A DNA stretch of 64,000 bases from a candidate division WOR-3 bacterium (GTDB lineage: Bacteria; Hydrothermota; Tepidihabitantia; SM23-42), in contig JACUUY010000001.1 of assembly GCA_014859085.1 (NCBI GenBank), forward strand, positions 2,896-66,895. The letters run 5' to 3'. This document shows positions 8,418-17,680 of this stretch, in pieces. The first letter of the stretch is position 1. Every line of letters starts with the position of its first letter. The translations under genes were made by a program, and so were the position numbers. The notes under the pieces are model-generated. The model searched no databases. It was not told where the DNA came from and worked only from the letters and a program-made list of their open reading frames with translations.

Positions 8418-9236
8418 ATGGAAAATCCGATAGCCCCGGTCTGGGGTGAATTGAAAGATAGAGTATCATCGGCTGACCTTGATTTCCTGAAGAAGTGTTT
8501 TCGTGCCTACTCCTCGAAGGCGCATATCCACAATGTCTTGCATGATTTGGATATCATGAAAGAGATCTCGCCGCCACCGCAGAGAGTACTGGATTTTGGC
8601 TGCGGCATAGGACTGCAGTCGTTTCTTCTATCTCAGAATGGGTATGAGGTCTATGGTTTGGAGACCGTCGAGGATAAATCCCTGGACGGTTTCTTCAAGG
8701 GTAAGGGCGAAGCGCATATATCAAGTCGCGAGGCGAGCATGCACAACGTGTGGAACATAATCAAGGCAAAGGTCGACGTGGATTTCCGTTTCTATGACGG
8801 GCTGAAGCAGCCGTTTGCGGATGGTTATTTTGACATCGTATTCTCGTATGCTGTTCTTGAGCACATTCCCGCCGGCGATATCCCAGCGATCATAAGTGAA
8901 ATACACAGGACGCTGAAGCCCGGCGGCATATTCTATATTTTTCAATTACCGCGTTGTGCCTCATACACGGAATTCATTGCACGCAAACTGGGGATGGAAA
9001 GTCATCCCTACCTGTGGGATATGAGAAGCATGGAGGTGCTGCTCAATGAGGGCGGCTTCAGCACGGTATATTCTGAGCGGGTCGATATGCTACTAAACCA
9101 CCCCTACAGGATCGTGAATCCATTATTCCCAATTCTGAGACCGCTGAACAATTTTCTGGCACATACACCCCTGTCTTATTTCGCACACCATCTTACAGTG
9201 GTCGCCAGGAAGACGGACATTGACTCCCGCAGGTAA
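8418..9236 (+). CDS. class I SAM-dependent methyltransferase
   Basis: 272 aa. Motif I VLDFGCGIGLQSFLL. Post-I acidic residue. Motif LKPGGIFYIF. Confidence 0.7.
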   Translation: MENPIAPVWGELKDRVSSADLDFLKKCFRAYSSKAHIHNVLHDLDIMKEISPPPQRVLDFGCGIGLQSFLLSQNGYEVYGLETVEDKSLDGFFKGKGEAHISSREASMHNVWNIIKAKVDVDFRFYDGLKQPFADGYFDIVFSYAVLEHIPAGDIPAIISEIHRTLKPGGIFYIFQLPRCASYTEFIARKLGMESHPYLWDMRSMEVLLNEGGFSTVYSERVDMLLNHPYRIVNPLFPILRPLNNFLAHTPLSYFAHHLTVVARKTDIDSRR

Positions 9237-9248
9237 ACATCTGTTCAC

Positions 9249-9276
9249 TTGACATATACAATTCCGCTGCTATACT
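9249..9276 (+). promoter_or_regulatory. sigma70 promoter (TTGACA, 16 nt, TATACT) with an approximately 180-nt leader before the FG-GAP gene
   Basis: Plus strand reads cacTTGACAtatacaattccgctgcTATACTttcgg. The downstream gene has an AGGAGG Shine-Dalgarno sequence 4 nt before its ATG at 9461. Confidence 0.5.
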
Positions 9277-9460
9277 TTCGGTAAGAAGAGTCAGGAACGA
9301 TAGTACCGGATATTGTTTGGTGAGATATGAGTCTGCATTGCGGCTGTGAATCATACCGTGCTGTATTCACCAGCGAGTGGAGAATAAGGGCCCCGGTGGC
9401 GAGAATGTTCACATATTTTTCACACGCAAAGTGTATAATTTGAAAAAAACAGGAGGAAGT

Positions 9461-11578
9461 ATGGTAAGTAGATACATAATCGTAGCACTATTGCATGCTG
9501 CGCTGTGTTTCAGCCAGAATGCGTGGGTTGAGACAAGTCAGAGTGATTTCCGGGACGGCATTTACGAGAGAAACATCTACGCTTCGCACCGTGGTGGCGG
9601 TGCGGTCGAATTTGCCCCCAGATTCGATCTGAACAATGACGGCTATTTTGACCTGTTTGCTGCCGACCGGTTCGGTCCATATGTCCGCATTTATTGGGGT
9701 AGTACCAGCGGTTATTCGGCGGGTAATGTCACCCTTTACCCGAGCAGCGGTGGTGCGAACTGCGATGCGGCAGACCTTGACGGCGATGGATACGCCGAAT
9801 TCATCGTTTCCCACTACTTTGAGAAGACTTCAATCTATTGGGGCAGTGCCAGTGGCCCTGATCCACAGAATCACCTGGACCTACCGATGATCGCCTGGAA
9901 TCGGCAGGGAGTGTTTGTTGCTGACCTCAACAAGGACGGTTATCTTGATATCGCGACAACACAAGAGATCGTATCAGGCAAAGCTGCCATCTTCTGGGGT
10001 AGTGCCAGCGGATACAGCATAGGCAACCGTACGGATCTACCCTGCAACTTCGGAATTCACAATATTGAGGTCGCTGATTTTGACCAGAACAACTGGCTGG
10101 ACATTCTGTTCGTCGTGTACGCGGGGGATTATTATGGTTATATTCTCATATATTGGGGCAACGACACGGGATTTCAGGCATCTAATGTAACCGTTCTTCC
10201 AGGCCCATCAGGGAACACCGGCGTTTCGGTCGCCGATCTAAACGCCGATGGCTACATTGATATCGTAAGCACGGGCTGGTACGATACGCAGTCTTACTTA
10301 TATTGGGGCAGCGCAGGGGGTTATTCATCGTCCAGCGTGCAGATTCTTGACCCGGGATATTGCTACGGTGGCAGTTCAGTTGCTGACTTCAACAATGACA
10401 CATATCTTGATATCCTCTACCATCGCGGAGGATATGGGACCGCTTGTCAGATTATCTTCTGGGGCAGCGCGTCAGGGTATGCGAACAGCAACAGCAGCGA
10501 TATTGGGATTCCACTTGAAACCACAGGCGGATTGATAGCCGACCTCGATTACGATGGGGACCTCGATATCTTCGTCAACACACGAACCCCTGAATACCAT
10601 AGTTTTGTCCTTTCCGCTCCTTCGTTTACGCCAGTTGCATCATTACCGGTGATCGAGGACCACCACGCTATGTTCCGCGAAATAGGCAACGTATACAACC
10701 GCGAATACCATGAGGATTACGGTTCCTCGGTCTTCGATGCCGGTGCCGCAGCGAACTGGGGTGTGCTCGAATGGGAGGCAACGACGCCGACCGGATCCTC
10801 GGTCCTCTGCTGGGTGCGCAGCGGTAACGCGCCTCTGCCGGACAGTTCGTGGTCGGACTGGCAGCCGATGGCCAACGGCGGTGCCATCCCGGATGTACTG
10901 AACGCACGCTTCCTGCAGTACCGGGCGCGCCTTAGCTACACCAATCCCTGTTACCTGCCATCACTCAATGAGGTGAGTGTCACCTATGAAAGCGCCATCA
11001 GTCTGATCGCGTCGCTGAGGATAACGCCGGAAACGATCAACCTGCAGAGTCATGGTAAATTCACGGCATTCATAACCCTGCCGGCTGGCTACGATCATCG
11101 CAGTATCGACGTCTCGACTGTGTGCTGCCATGGAGCAAATGCCTCATCGGGGCACGCCACGCCGAATTTCTATATCGCGAAATTCAGTGTTCAGGACCTT
11201 GTGGGCGTAATACCCGGCCCGGCGGTCGAATTCGTTGTGACCGGACAGCTGTTCAACGGCACTGATTTTATCGGTTACGACACGGTGCGCGTGATCGGCG
11301 TCCCGTCCGCCGATGTCGCGTGCCGTCCCAATCCTTTCAAGACGAAAACAACGATTTCGGTCGTGCGCGCCGAAGGCGAGAAGGTGCGGATTAAGATCTA
11401 TGATGTCAGTGGAAAACTGGTGCGGACTTTCGATCAGACGCAGTGCCGGGACGGCACACAATCAGTGGAATGGGATCGAACCGATAACAGCGGCCGCAGG
11501 GTCGCGGCCGGCATATACCTGTATCACGTTGAGGGGATCGGTTCGGTCTCCAGGCAGAAGATCATCGTGCTGGATTGA
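9461..11578 (+). CDS. FG-GAP/VCBS-repeat (integrin-alpha-like beta-propeller) protein with signal peptide and T9SS C-terminal sorting domain
   Basis: The start is placed at the internal ATG preceded by AGGAGG, not at the track start 9377. Signal peptide MVSRYIIVALLHAALCFSQNA. Seven D-x-[DN]-x-D-G-[YW]-x-D-[IL] + IYWGS repeats. C-terminal Ig-like por-secretion tail KIYDVSGKLVRTF...AAGIYLYHVEG. Confidence 0.7.
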   Translation: MVSRYIIVALLHAALCFSQNAWVETSQSDFRDGIYERNIYASHRGGGAVEFAPRFDLNNDGYFDLFAADRFGPYVRIYWGSTSGYSAGNVTLYPSSGGANCDAADLDGDGYAEFIVSHYFEKTSIYWGSASGPDPQNHLDLPMIAWNRQGVFVADLNKDGYLDIATTQEIVSGKAAIFWGSASGYSIGNRTDLPCNFGIHNIEVADFDQNNWLDILFVVYAGDYYGYILIYWGNDTGFQASNVTVLPGPSGNTGVSVADLNADGYIDIVSTGWYDTQSYLYWGSAGGYSSSSVQILDPGYCYGGSSVADFNNDTYLDILYHRGGYGTACQIIFWGSASGYANSNSSDIGIPLETTGGLIADLDYDGDLDIFVNTRTPEYHSFVLSAPSFTPVASLPVIEDHHAMFREIGNVYNREYHEDYGSSVFDAGAAANWGVLEWEATTPTGSSVLCWVRSGNAPLPDSSWSDWQPMANGGAIPDVLNARFLQYRARLSYTNPCYLPSLNEVSVTYESAISLIASLRITPETINLQSHGKFTAFITLPAGYDHRSIDVSTVCCHGANASSGHATPNFYIAKFSVQDLVGVIPGPAVEFVVTGQLFNGTDFIGYDTVRVIGVPSADVACRPNPFKTKTTISVVRAEGEKVRIKIYDVSGKLVRTFDQTQCRDGTQSVEWDRTDNSGRRVAAGIYLYHVEGIGSVSRQKIIVLD

Positions 11579-11622
11579 GGGGGTAGGAATTCAGCGATAA
11601 AAAGCGGTTCGGCCGGTGCTGA

Positions 11623-12105
11623 TCAGTCAATGACGCCGTACTCTATTCCGGCCTCTTTCAGCATGCCGATCGCCAGTTCGTCCGGGTATTCTTTCTTGTA
11701 GACGATCTTCTCAATTTTGGCGTTGATCAGCATCTTGGTGCAGATGAAGCAGGGTTGGTGCGTCGTGTAGATCGTGGCGCCGCTCACGCTGACGCCGAAG
11801 GTCGCGGCCTGGATGAGCGCGTTCTGCTCGGCGTGGACGCCGCGGCACAGTTCATGGCGTTCGCCCGAAGCGATCCCCATTTTACCGCGCAGGCATCCGA
11901 CATCCTCGCAGTGCGGCACGCCGCCGGGCGCGCCATTGTAGCCCGTGGCCAGGATCCGCCGGTTCTTCACGATCACGGCACCGACCTGGCGCCGGAGGCA
12001 GGTCGACCGCTCGGCCACGAGTTCGGCGATCGACATGAAATACTGGTCCCAGGGTTTTCTTCCGGTCTTTGGTTTTCTGGTTCGGGTTTTGTCCTGACGC
12101 TTCAC
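11623..12105 (-). CDS. comEB: dCMP deaminase (ComEB / cytidine-deoxycytidylate deaminase family)
   Basis: 160 aa. [10 protein letters not shown] zinc-binding motif plus PCFICTKML. The stop overlaps the gyrA start (operon). Confidence 0.75.
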   Translation of the reverse strand: MKRQDKTRTRKPKTGRKPWDQYFMSIAELVAERSTCLRRQVGAVIVKNRRILATGYNGAPGGVPHCEDVGCLRGKMGIASGERHELCRGVHAEQNALIQAATFGVSVSGATIYTTHQPCFICTKMLINAKIEKIVYKKEYPDELAIGMLKEAGIEYGVID

Positions 12106-14522
12106 ACGTGCGCCTTGATCGGAGCGATACTGACTACCGAATCCTCTTTGGCCAGGGCGATCACCTTTACGCCTTTTGCCTGGCGGCTCAGCAACCGGAT
12201 CTCGTTGACCGGCGTTCTGATCACCTTACCGCTCCTGGTCATCACGATCAGGTCATCATCGTCGCTCACATTGGCCACGCCGGCCACTTTGCCGGTCTTG
12301 GCGTCGATCGTCATGCCTTTCATGCCCTTGCCGCCGCGTCCCTTTTCGCCGATCGCGTCGAACTTCACCCGCTTGCCAATGCCCCGTTCACTGACGATGA
12401 GCATGTCTTCGTCGGTACGCGCGATGTTGAAACCGACGACTTCATTCCCCTTGCCGAGCCGGATACCCTTGACCCCGGCCGCATTGCGTCCCATTGAACG
12501 GATGAGCTTCTCTTTGAAGCGCAGGGTGAGCCCGTCCCGGGTCGTGAGCAGCACCGAGTCCTTGCCGGTCGTGAGCCGGACCGCGATCAGCCGGTCTTGC
12601 TTTGCCAGTTTGATCGCGATGATACCCTTTTTCCTGGTGTTCTCGAATTCATCGAGCGATGTCTTCTTGACCTTGCCCATCTTCGTCGCCATGAAGATGA
12701 AATCTTTTGATGCGAAGTCCTTGATCGAGAGGCAGGTCGTTATGTGCTCGTTCGCGGCGAGCTGGACGAGATTGGCGATCGACCGGCCCTTGGAAAAGGG
12801 TCCGGATTCAGGTGTCTCGTAGACCTTGGACGCGAATACCTTGCCCTGGTCGGAGAAAAAGAGCAGGGTGTCGGTCGTCTTCGAGATCAGAAGCTGGAAA
12901 GCGACATCCTCGTCGCGGACCTCGTGTATCTTGCGGCCGTGGCCGCCGCGCGCCTGATTCCGGTACGTGGTTATCGGCAGTCTTTTTATGTAACCGCGCC
13001 GGGTCAAACTGATCACCATTTCCTCTTCGCCGATCAGGTCCTCGATCGTGAGTTCCTCGGCCTCGGCGTTGACGATCAAGGTCCGCCTCGGATCACGGTA
13101 CCGTTCGGTAAGCTTCGTGAGTTCTTCCTTTATTACCTGGTAGATCCCCTTTGGTGATTTGAGGACCGACTTCAGCCGGGCGATCTCCTTGATGAGACTC
13201 AGGTATTCATTCTCCAGCGTTTCCTTTTCGAGATTCGTGAGCCGCGCCAGGCGCATGTCCAGGATCGCCTGGGCCTGGATCTCGCTGAGCGAGAAACGCT
13301 TCATCAATTTCTGCCGGGCGACGGGCGTATCCTGTGATTTCTTGATGATCCTGACCACTTCGTCGATATTCTCGATCGCGATCTTGAGGCCTTCGAGGAT
13401 GTGGGCCCTCTTTTCGGCTTCGGCCAGTTCGAACTTTGTGCGGCGCGTGACGACCTCGAACCGGAAATCGAGAAAATGCTGCATGGCTTGACGCAGCGAG
13501 ATCGTCTGCGGGGTATCGGAGACCAGAGCGAGCAATTGTATGCCATACGGGATTTGGAGCGAAGTGTGTTTGTACAGATTGTTCAGCACGACCTGCGCGT
13601 TGGCATCGCGCTTCAGCTCCACGACGATCCTGATGCCGTCCTTGTCCGATTCATCCCGGAGGTCGGATATGTCTTCGATCTTCTTCTGGCGCGCAAGTTC
13701 GGCGATCTTCTCGAGCAGCGAACTTTTGTTCACCTGATACGGGATCTCGGTTATGACGATCGCCTGCTTGCCTGCCTTCAGATCTTCGACCCGGGCCTTG
13801 CCCCGGATGATTATTCGCCCTTTGCCGGTTTGGTATGCCTGTTTTATACCGGCCCGGCCGATGATGATCGCGCCGGTCGGGAAATCCGGGCCCGGAACGA
13901 GTTTGAGCAATGCATCGTCTTTTATCTTGGGATCGTCGATGATGGCGATGAGCGCCTTCACGATCTCGCCGAGGTTGTGGGGCGGAATGTTCGTTGCCAT
14001 GCCGACCGCAATGCCCGAAGCGCCGTTGCAGAGGAGATTCGGCACGTTGGCCGGGAGCACGGTTGGCTCTTTGAGCCGGCCGTCGAAATTGGGCACAAAA
14101 TTAACCGTATCCTTGCCCAGGTCTTTGAGGATCTCCTCGGCGATCGGCGTGAGTTTTGCCTCGGTATACCGGTAGGCGGCCGCGGCGTCGCCGTCGATCG
14201 AGCCGAAATTGCCCTGACCGTCAACGAGGGCATAGCGCATGGAAAAATCCTGCGCCATGCGCACCAGGGCGTCATAGATCGCCATGTCACCGTGGGGGTG
14301 GTATTTGCCGAGCACATCGCCGACGACCGTGGCCGATTTCTTGTACGGACGGCTGGCTTGCAATCCGGACTCGGACATGGCATACAGGATGCGGCGCTGG
14401 ACCGGCTTGAGGCCGTCGCGGGCGTCGGGCAGGGCCCGGCCGACAATGACGCTCATGGCATAGTCAAGATAGGAAGCCTTGATCTCGTCTTCGATATAAA
14501 CGTTGGTTATTCTCTGCTCCAT
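12102..14522 (-). CDS. gyrA: DNA gyrase subunit A
   Basis: 806 aa. N-terminal [28 protein letters not shown] with the catalytic Tyr region, and C-terminal beta-pinwheel repeats. Diagnostic GyrA sequence. Confidence 0.95.
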   Translation of the reverse strand: MEQRITNVYIEDEIKASYLDYAMSVIVGRALPDARDGLKPVQRRILYAMSESGLQASRPYKKSATVVGDVLGKYHPHGDMAIYDALVRMAQDFSMRYALVDGQGNFGSIDGDAAAAYRYTEAKLTPIAEEILKDLGKDTVNFVPNFDGRLKEPTVLPANVPNLLCNGASGIAVGMATNIPPHNLGEIVKALIAIIDDPKIKDDALLKLVPGPDFPTGAIIIGRAGIKQAYQTGKGRIIIRGKARVEDLKAGKQAIVITEIPYQVNKSSLLEKIAELARQKKIEDISDLRDESDKDGIRIVVELKRDANAQVVLNNLYKHTSLQIPYGIQLLALVSDTPQTISLRQAMQHFLDFRFEVVTRRTKFELAEAEKRAHILEGLKIAIENIDEVVRIIKKSQDTPVARQKLMKRFSLSEIQAQAILDMRLARLTNLEKETLENEYLSLIKEIARLKSVLKSPKGIYQVIKEELTKLTERYRDPRRTLIVNAEAEELTIEDLIGEEEMVISLTRRGYIKRLPITTYRNQARGGHGRKIHEVRDEDVAFQLLISKTTDTLLFFSDQGKVFASKVYETPESGPFSKGRSIANLVQLAANEHITTCLSIKDFASKDFIFMATKMGKVKKTSLDEFENTRKKGIIAIKLAKQDRLIAVRLTTGKDSVLLTTRDGLTLRFKEKLIRSMGRNAAGVKGIRLGKGNEVVGFNIARTDEDMLIVSERGIGKRVKFDAIGEKGRGGKGMKGMTIDAKTGKVAGVANVSDDDDLIVMTRSGKVIRTPVNEIRLLSRQAKGVKVIALAKEDSVVSIAPIKAHV

Positions 14523-14529
14523 CGTAGTA

Positions 14530-14558
14530 TTATATCCAGAAAAAGGCCCTAAGTCAAT
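14530..14558 (-). promoter_or_regulatory. sigma70 promoter (TTGACT, 17 nt, TATAAT) 6 nt upstream of the gyrA ATG; leaderless geometry
   Basis: Minus strand reads cttaTTGACTtagggcctttttctggaTATAATactacgATG. Confidence 0.55.
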
Positions 14559-14589
14559 AAGACCAAATGCCCGCGTTGCGGCAAATTCT

Positions 14590-14600
14590 AAATCCTAAAC
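14590..14600. repeat. TAAATCCTAAA motif (left copy), inverted relative to the copy at 14771..14781
   Basis: An 11-bp perfect inverted repeat pair about 170 bp apart in the gyrA upstream region. The same TTTAGGATTT motif occurs twice in tandem upstream of hslU. Confidence 0.5.
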
Positions 14601-14770
14601 TCCAAATCCCAGACAAATTCAAAATACCAGGCACCAATGACCAAAATGCGTTCTTCAGTGGAGGTGTGGTCATTGTCGGCGCATGTCTTGTCAGGCGGCA
14701 GACCGCCTGAGAATCTCATCCAGTATCCAGAATCCGGTATCAAGTATTAAGTCTTAGATGTGCTTCGAAT

Positions 14771-14781
14771 TTAGGATTTAA
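14771..14781. repeat. TTTAGGATTTA motif (right copy) of an inverted pair
   Basis: See 14590..14600. The flanking sequence aggatttaagacgcgccgggtctttggttctgaac resembles the hslU promoter-proximal aggatttacccgcgtagcgggtctcttgacataac. Confidence 0.45.
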
Positions 14782-14845
14782 GACGCGCCGGGTCTTTGGT
14801 TCTGAACTTCTTAACTTCGTACCTTCTATGGTTCTGACGTAATTG

Positions 14846-15685
14846 TTACGGGATGGATAGTTTGGTGGGCGTTCTCCGCGTGTAGGTGCAGACCGCGTCG
14901 AAGCCGAATGATCCAAGGTAATCTATGGCCTTTGTCAGGTCCTTTCCCAGATCTTCGGGCCGGTGGCTGTCTGAACCGATGGTAATGAGTTCCAGGCCGC
15001 AGTCGCGCGCCATTTTCATCAGGGATTCGGCCGGGTAGAACTCGTTCATGAAACGCATGCCCGCGGTGTTGAGCTCGAGCGCGGTCCCGTTCTTCCGCAT
15101 CATCTGAAGAATACCTTCCACCATATCGCGCGGGATCCGGTGTATGTCCTTGCCGTAGTGGTCGATCCCATACTTCTTGAAGACGTCCAAGTGGGCGACA
15201 GAGTCGAACATGCGGCTTCGGACGAGGCCGGCGACCGCATTGAAATAATCCGCGAGGTACTCTTCGGCGCAGTGCGTGGCAAAGTATTGTCCGCATTCCC
15301 GTGAACTATCGATACAGATGTGGTCGAGGCAGTGGATCGCGCCGATCACAAAATCGATCTCGGCGCCGCGTAAGATCTCTTCGAGCACCGGTTCGATGCC
15401 GGTGAAGTAGCCGACTTCAATGCCGAATTTCACGTCGAGCCCATGCCTCTTGAAACGGTCGCGCGCCGCGAGGATCTCTTCCTGGAGCCGGAGCAGTTCA
15501 TTTCTTGAAAACGGCTCGCGCCGGCCGTCGAACACGATGAACGAATCGTCGCGCTGCGGATCGAGTTCGCAATGATTCGTAAAACAGACCTCCCGCAGTC
15601 CGATCTCGATTGCGCGCGAGCAGTAACCGGATACGGTGCCTGATGCGTCGATCGAATGGGCGGTGTGGATGTGGTAATCAACCAT
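14846..15685 (-). CDS. PHP-domain phosphoesterase (histidinol-phosphatase HisJ family-like)
   Basis: 279 aa. MVDYHIHTAHSIDASG (the PHP HxH motif), with additional conserved His and Asp positions along the length. Confidence 0.65.
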   Translation of the reverse strand: MVDYHIHTAHSIDASGTVSGYCSRAIEIGLREVCFTNHCELDPQRDDSFIVFDGRREPFSRNELLRLQEEILAARDRFKRHGLDVKFGIEVGYFTGIEPVLEEILRGAEIDFVIGAIHCLDHICIDSSRECGQYFATHCAEEYLADYFNAVAGLVRSRMFDSVAHLDVFKKYGIDHYGKDIHRIPRDMVEGILQMMRKNGTALELNTAGMRFMNEFYPAESLMKMARDCGLELITIGSDSHRPEDLGKDLTKAIDYLGSFGFDAVCTYTRRTPTKLSIP

Positions 15686-15737
15686 AACGATCGCGCGGTG
15701 GACCGGTCGTGCCGCAGGAGAACGGTACGTTCATGCG

Positions 15738-16364
15738 TCAATTGAGGATGACATTCTCGCCCAGGGGTTCGAAGCGGTCGGCCTTTTCTTTCAGATCGTA
15801 CGCCGTGTTATCCGGGAAGGCGAATATCTCGACCCGTTTGTTCTTGCCCTTGATGAAATCGACCAGCGGTACGAAATCACCGTCGCCCGATGCCAGGACG
15901 ATCGTGTCGACGCGCTCGAGGATGCCCAGTATGTCGAGGGCGATACCCATATCCCAGTTGGCCTTGGCCGAGCCGTTGGCGCGCGTCCTCACTTCTTTTG
16001 TTTTTACGATATAGCCGATGCGCTCGAGGCTCATCGCGAACGGTTTGACATCACCCTCGGGCGGCTGGACAATGTAGGCATATGCTTTTATCAGGTGGCG
16101 GTTCCCGGTTATCAGCCGGATCAGTTTTTCGTAATTCACTTTCGCCGCATAACCGGTTCGTGCCGAGTAGTACAGATTCTGCGAGTCGACGAAGATCGCC
16201 ACGGTTTCTTTTTTGACGAATTTCGATGATTCGAGCAATTCCCTCAGCGACCTTATCTCACTGTGTATCTGGCTGAAGTGTTGCTCCATCTGCCGGTTGA
16301 AATTTTGCTGTATCTCCTCAAATGATCCTGCTTCAGACCCCTCGTTCGCCATTTCGGCCTCCAT
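15738..16364 (-). CDS. NYN-domain (LabA-like/DUF88) protein, predicted RNase-fold
   Basis: 208 aa. IFVDSQNLYYSAR...IVLASGDGDFVPLV is typical of the NYN/LabA family. Confidence 0.6.
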   Translation of the reverse strand: MEAEMANEGSEAGSFEEIQQNFNRQMEQHFSQIHSEIRSLRELLESSKFVKKETVAIFVDSQNLYYSARTGYAAKVNYEKLIRLITGNRHLIKAYAYIVQPPEGDVKPFAMSLERIGYIVKTKEVRTRANGSAKANWDMGIALDILGILERVDTIVLASGDGDFVPLVDFIKGKNKRVEIFAFPDNTAYDLKEKADRFEPLGENVILN

Positions 16365-16399
16365 ATATAAAATGCTGAAATATAATAATATATGCTCTG

Positions 16400-17680
16400 C
16401 TAATAACCGGCGTCAATGATTCCGGGCGGCAGGTATTTGTACAGGGTCGGCTGGCTTCTTTCACCGATGGCGTTCGTCCAGACCAGGACGTAATCGTTCA
16501 CGCCCCGGATGTCCACGAAGACGAACTGCTGTCCATTAACATACTGCCAGTGTTCGTATGGTTTGGATTCATGCAGTTGCAGCGGCAGAGGGAATTCGAT
16601 CTCGTCTGGTTGACCGTACTTCACGTGTATTCGCCCGCGGTCGGTCTTGCGGCCGGGAGTATCACCGAGCCGGTAATGTTCATCGGCATACTCGAATCGC
16701 TCGGCGATCTCGTTGTAGTTATGGGTACGCCAGAATCTCTCGAGGTAGGCTTTCTTGCCGTCACCGGGCAGTTGCTTGAATTTATTGTAGTCTCTCGGAT
16801 CGAGAAAATATTCGATCTCGTCGTAGAAGGGCATGCCTTCAAAGCTGACCTCACGTTGTTTCGTATCCGCTATCCTGAACCACGTTGCCTTCTCGGCGAT
16901 CGGGTTCGCATGATTGTCCTCGATCGCGACCGCAAGCCGGTATTCACCGGCCGGAATGTTCTGAATATCGATGCCGCAGTCCACCGCTTGCGACGTAAAG
17001 GCCTTCTCTATCTTTCTTGTCACCTTGCGGATGGTCTTGCCTTCGCCATCAGTGACTGTGTACACCGCGGTCAGTGTATCATTGTCCGGCGTGATGTCGT
17101 ATATTTCATAGTAGAAGAACAGATGCCGGAAGCGGCTGTCGAACAGACGGGATGGCCGCGGGATCACCCGCAGGTTGCCCTTTCTCAGGTTGTCGCCTGC
17201 CGTATCGATCGTTATCTCGCTGGCCAGATTGATGTCGCTCAGTGTGTACCGCTCCCTTGTTATCTCGAGCTCGTCTTCGGATATCCCGCGCTTGGCGCCG
17301 GACAGCAATTCGATGCGATACTTGAACCGGCCTTCGGTGGCATAGGTGCCGAACTGAACGAGAAAGGAGAGCTGTTCCTTTGCCGCGTATGAGAACGACG
17401 GGATCGTGAATTGCCGGTAGAGCGTGTCGATCAGCGAATCGGCATGGTCGAGGTCGATGAGCGCGAACGGCATAACGGCGTTCGCGTAGATGATCTTCTC
17501 GGCCGATTGATATTGCAATTCCTGGTAAGGGATCTCGCAGTTGAATTCGATATAATACACTTCCTCGGTCGTCAAAGTGTGTTCCACGGTATCTTCCAGC
17601 TCGATATGTTCCCGGTAGACAACGGGGTCAGCAAAGAATCTTATGTCACCGGCTGATAACAATAGGGCAAGGAGCATCAT
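16400..17680 (-). CDS. GWxTD-domain protein (paralog 1), secreted
   Basis: The start is placed at the internal MMLLALLLSAGD signal-peptide Met, to avoid a 100-bp overlap with the upstream paralog. C-terminal TPGRKTDRGRIHVKYGQPDEI...YEHWQY...FVFVDIRGVNDYVLV matches the GWxTD domain signature. Confidence 0.55.
   Translation of the reverse strand: MMLLALLLSAGDIRFFADPVVYREHIELEDTVEHTLTTEEVYYIEFNCEIPYQELQYQSAEKIIYANAVMPFALIDLDHADSLIDTLYRQFTIPSFSYAAKEQLSFLVQFGTYATEGRFKYRIELLSGAKRGISEDELEITRERYTLSDINLASEITIDTAGDNLRKGNLRVIPRPSRLFDSRFRHLFFYYEIYDITPDNDTLTAVYTVTDGEGKTIRKVTRKIEKAFTSQAVDCGIDIQNIPAGEYRLAVAIEDNHANPIAEKATWFRIADTKQREVSFEGMPFYDEIEYFLDPRDYNKFKQLPGDGKKAYLERFWRTHNYNEIAERFEYADEHYRLGDTPGRKTDRGRIHVKYGQPDEIEFPLPLQLHESKPYEHWQYVNGQQFVFVDIRGVNDYVLVWTNAIGERSQPTLYKYLPPGIIDAGY

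Noticed and set aside
9377-9460. Upstream ATG (track start 9377) for the FG-GAP T9SS protein
   Set aside because: The internal ATG at 9461 is preceded by an AGGAGG Shine-Dalgarno sequence and begins a canonical signal peptide. The 28 extra residues are hydrophilic and unsupported.
11755-14552. Long plus-strand ORFs (355 aa at 11755..12822, 383 aa at 13401..14552 and others) antisense to gyrA and comEB
   Set aside because: They lie entirely inside diagnostic minus-strand genes (gyrA, dCMP deaminase). They have low-complexity Arg/Ala/Pro-rich translations typical of shadow ORFs in GC-rich DNA. No promoter or RBS support.
14767-14845. Plus-strand promoter-like copy (aggatttaagacgcgccgggtctTTGGTTctgaac) pointing into the PHP gene
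   Set aside because: The -35-like and -10-like hexamers are poor. I treat it as the inverted arm of the TTTAGGATTT repeat pair, not as a functional antisense promoter.
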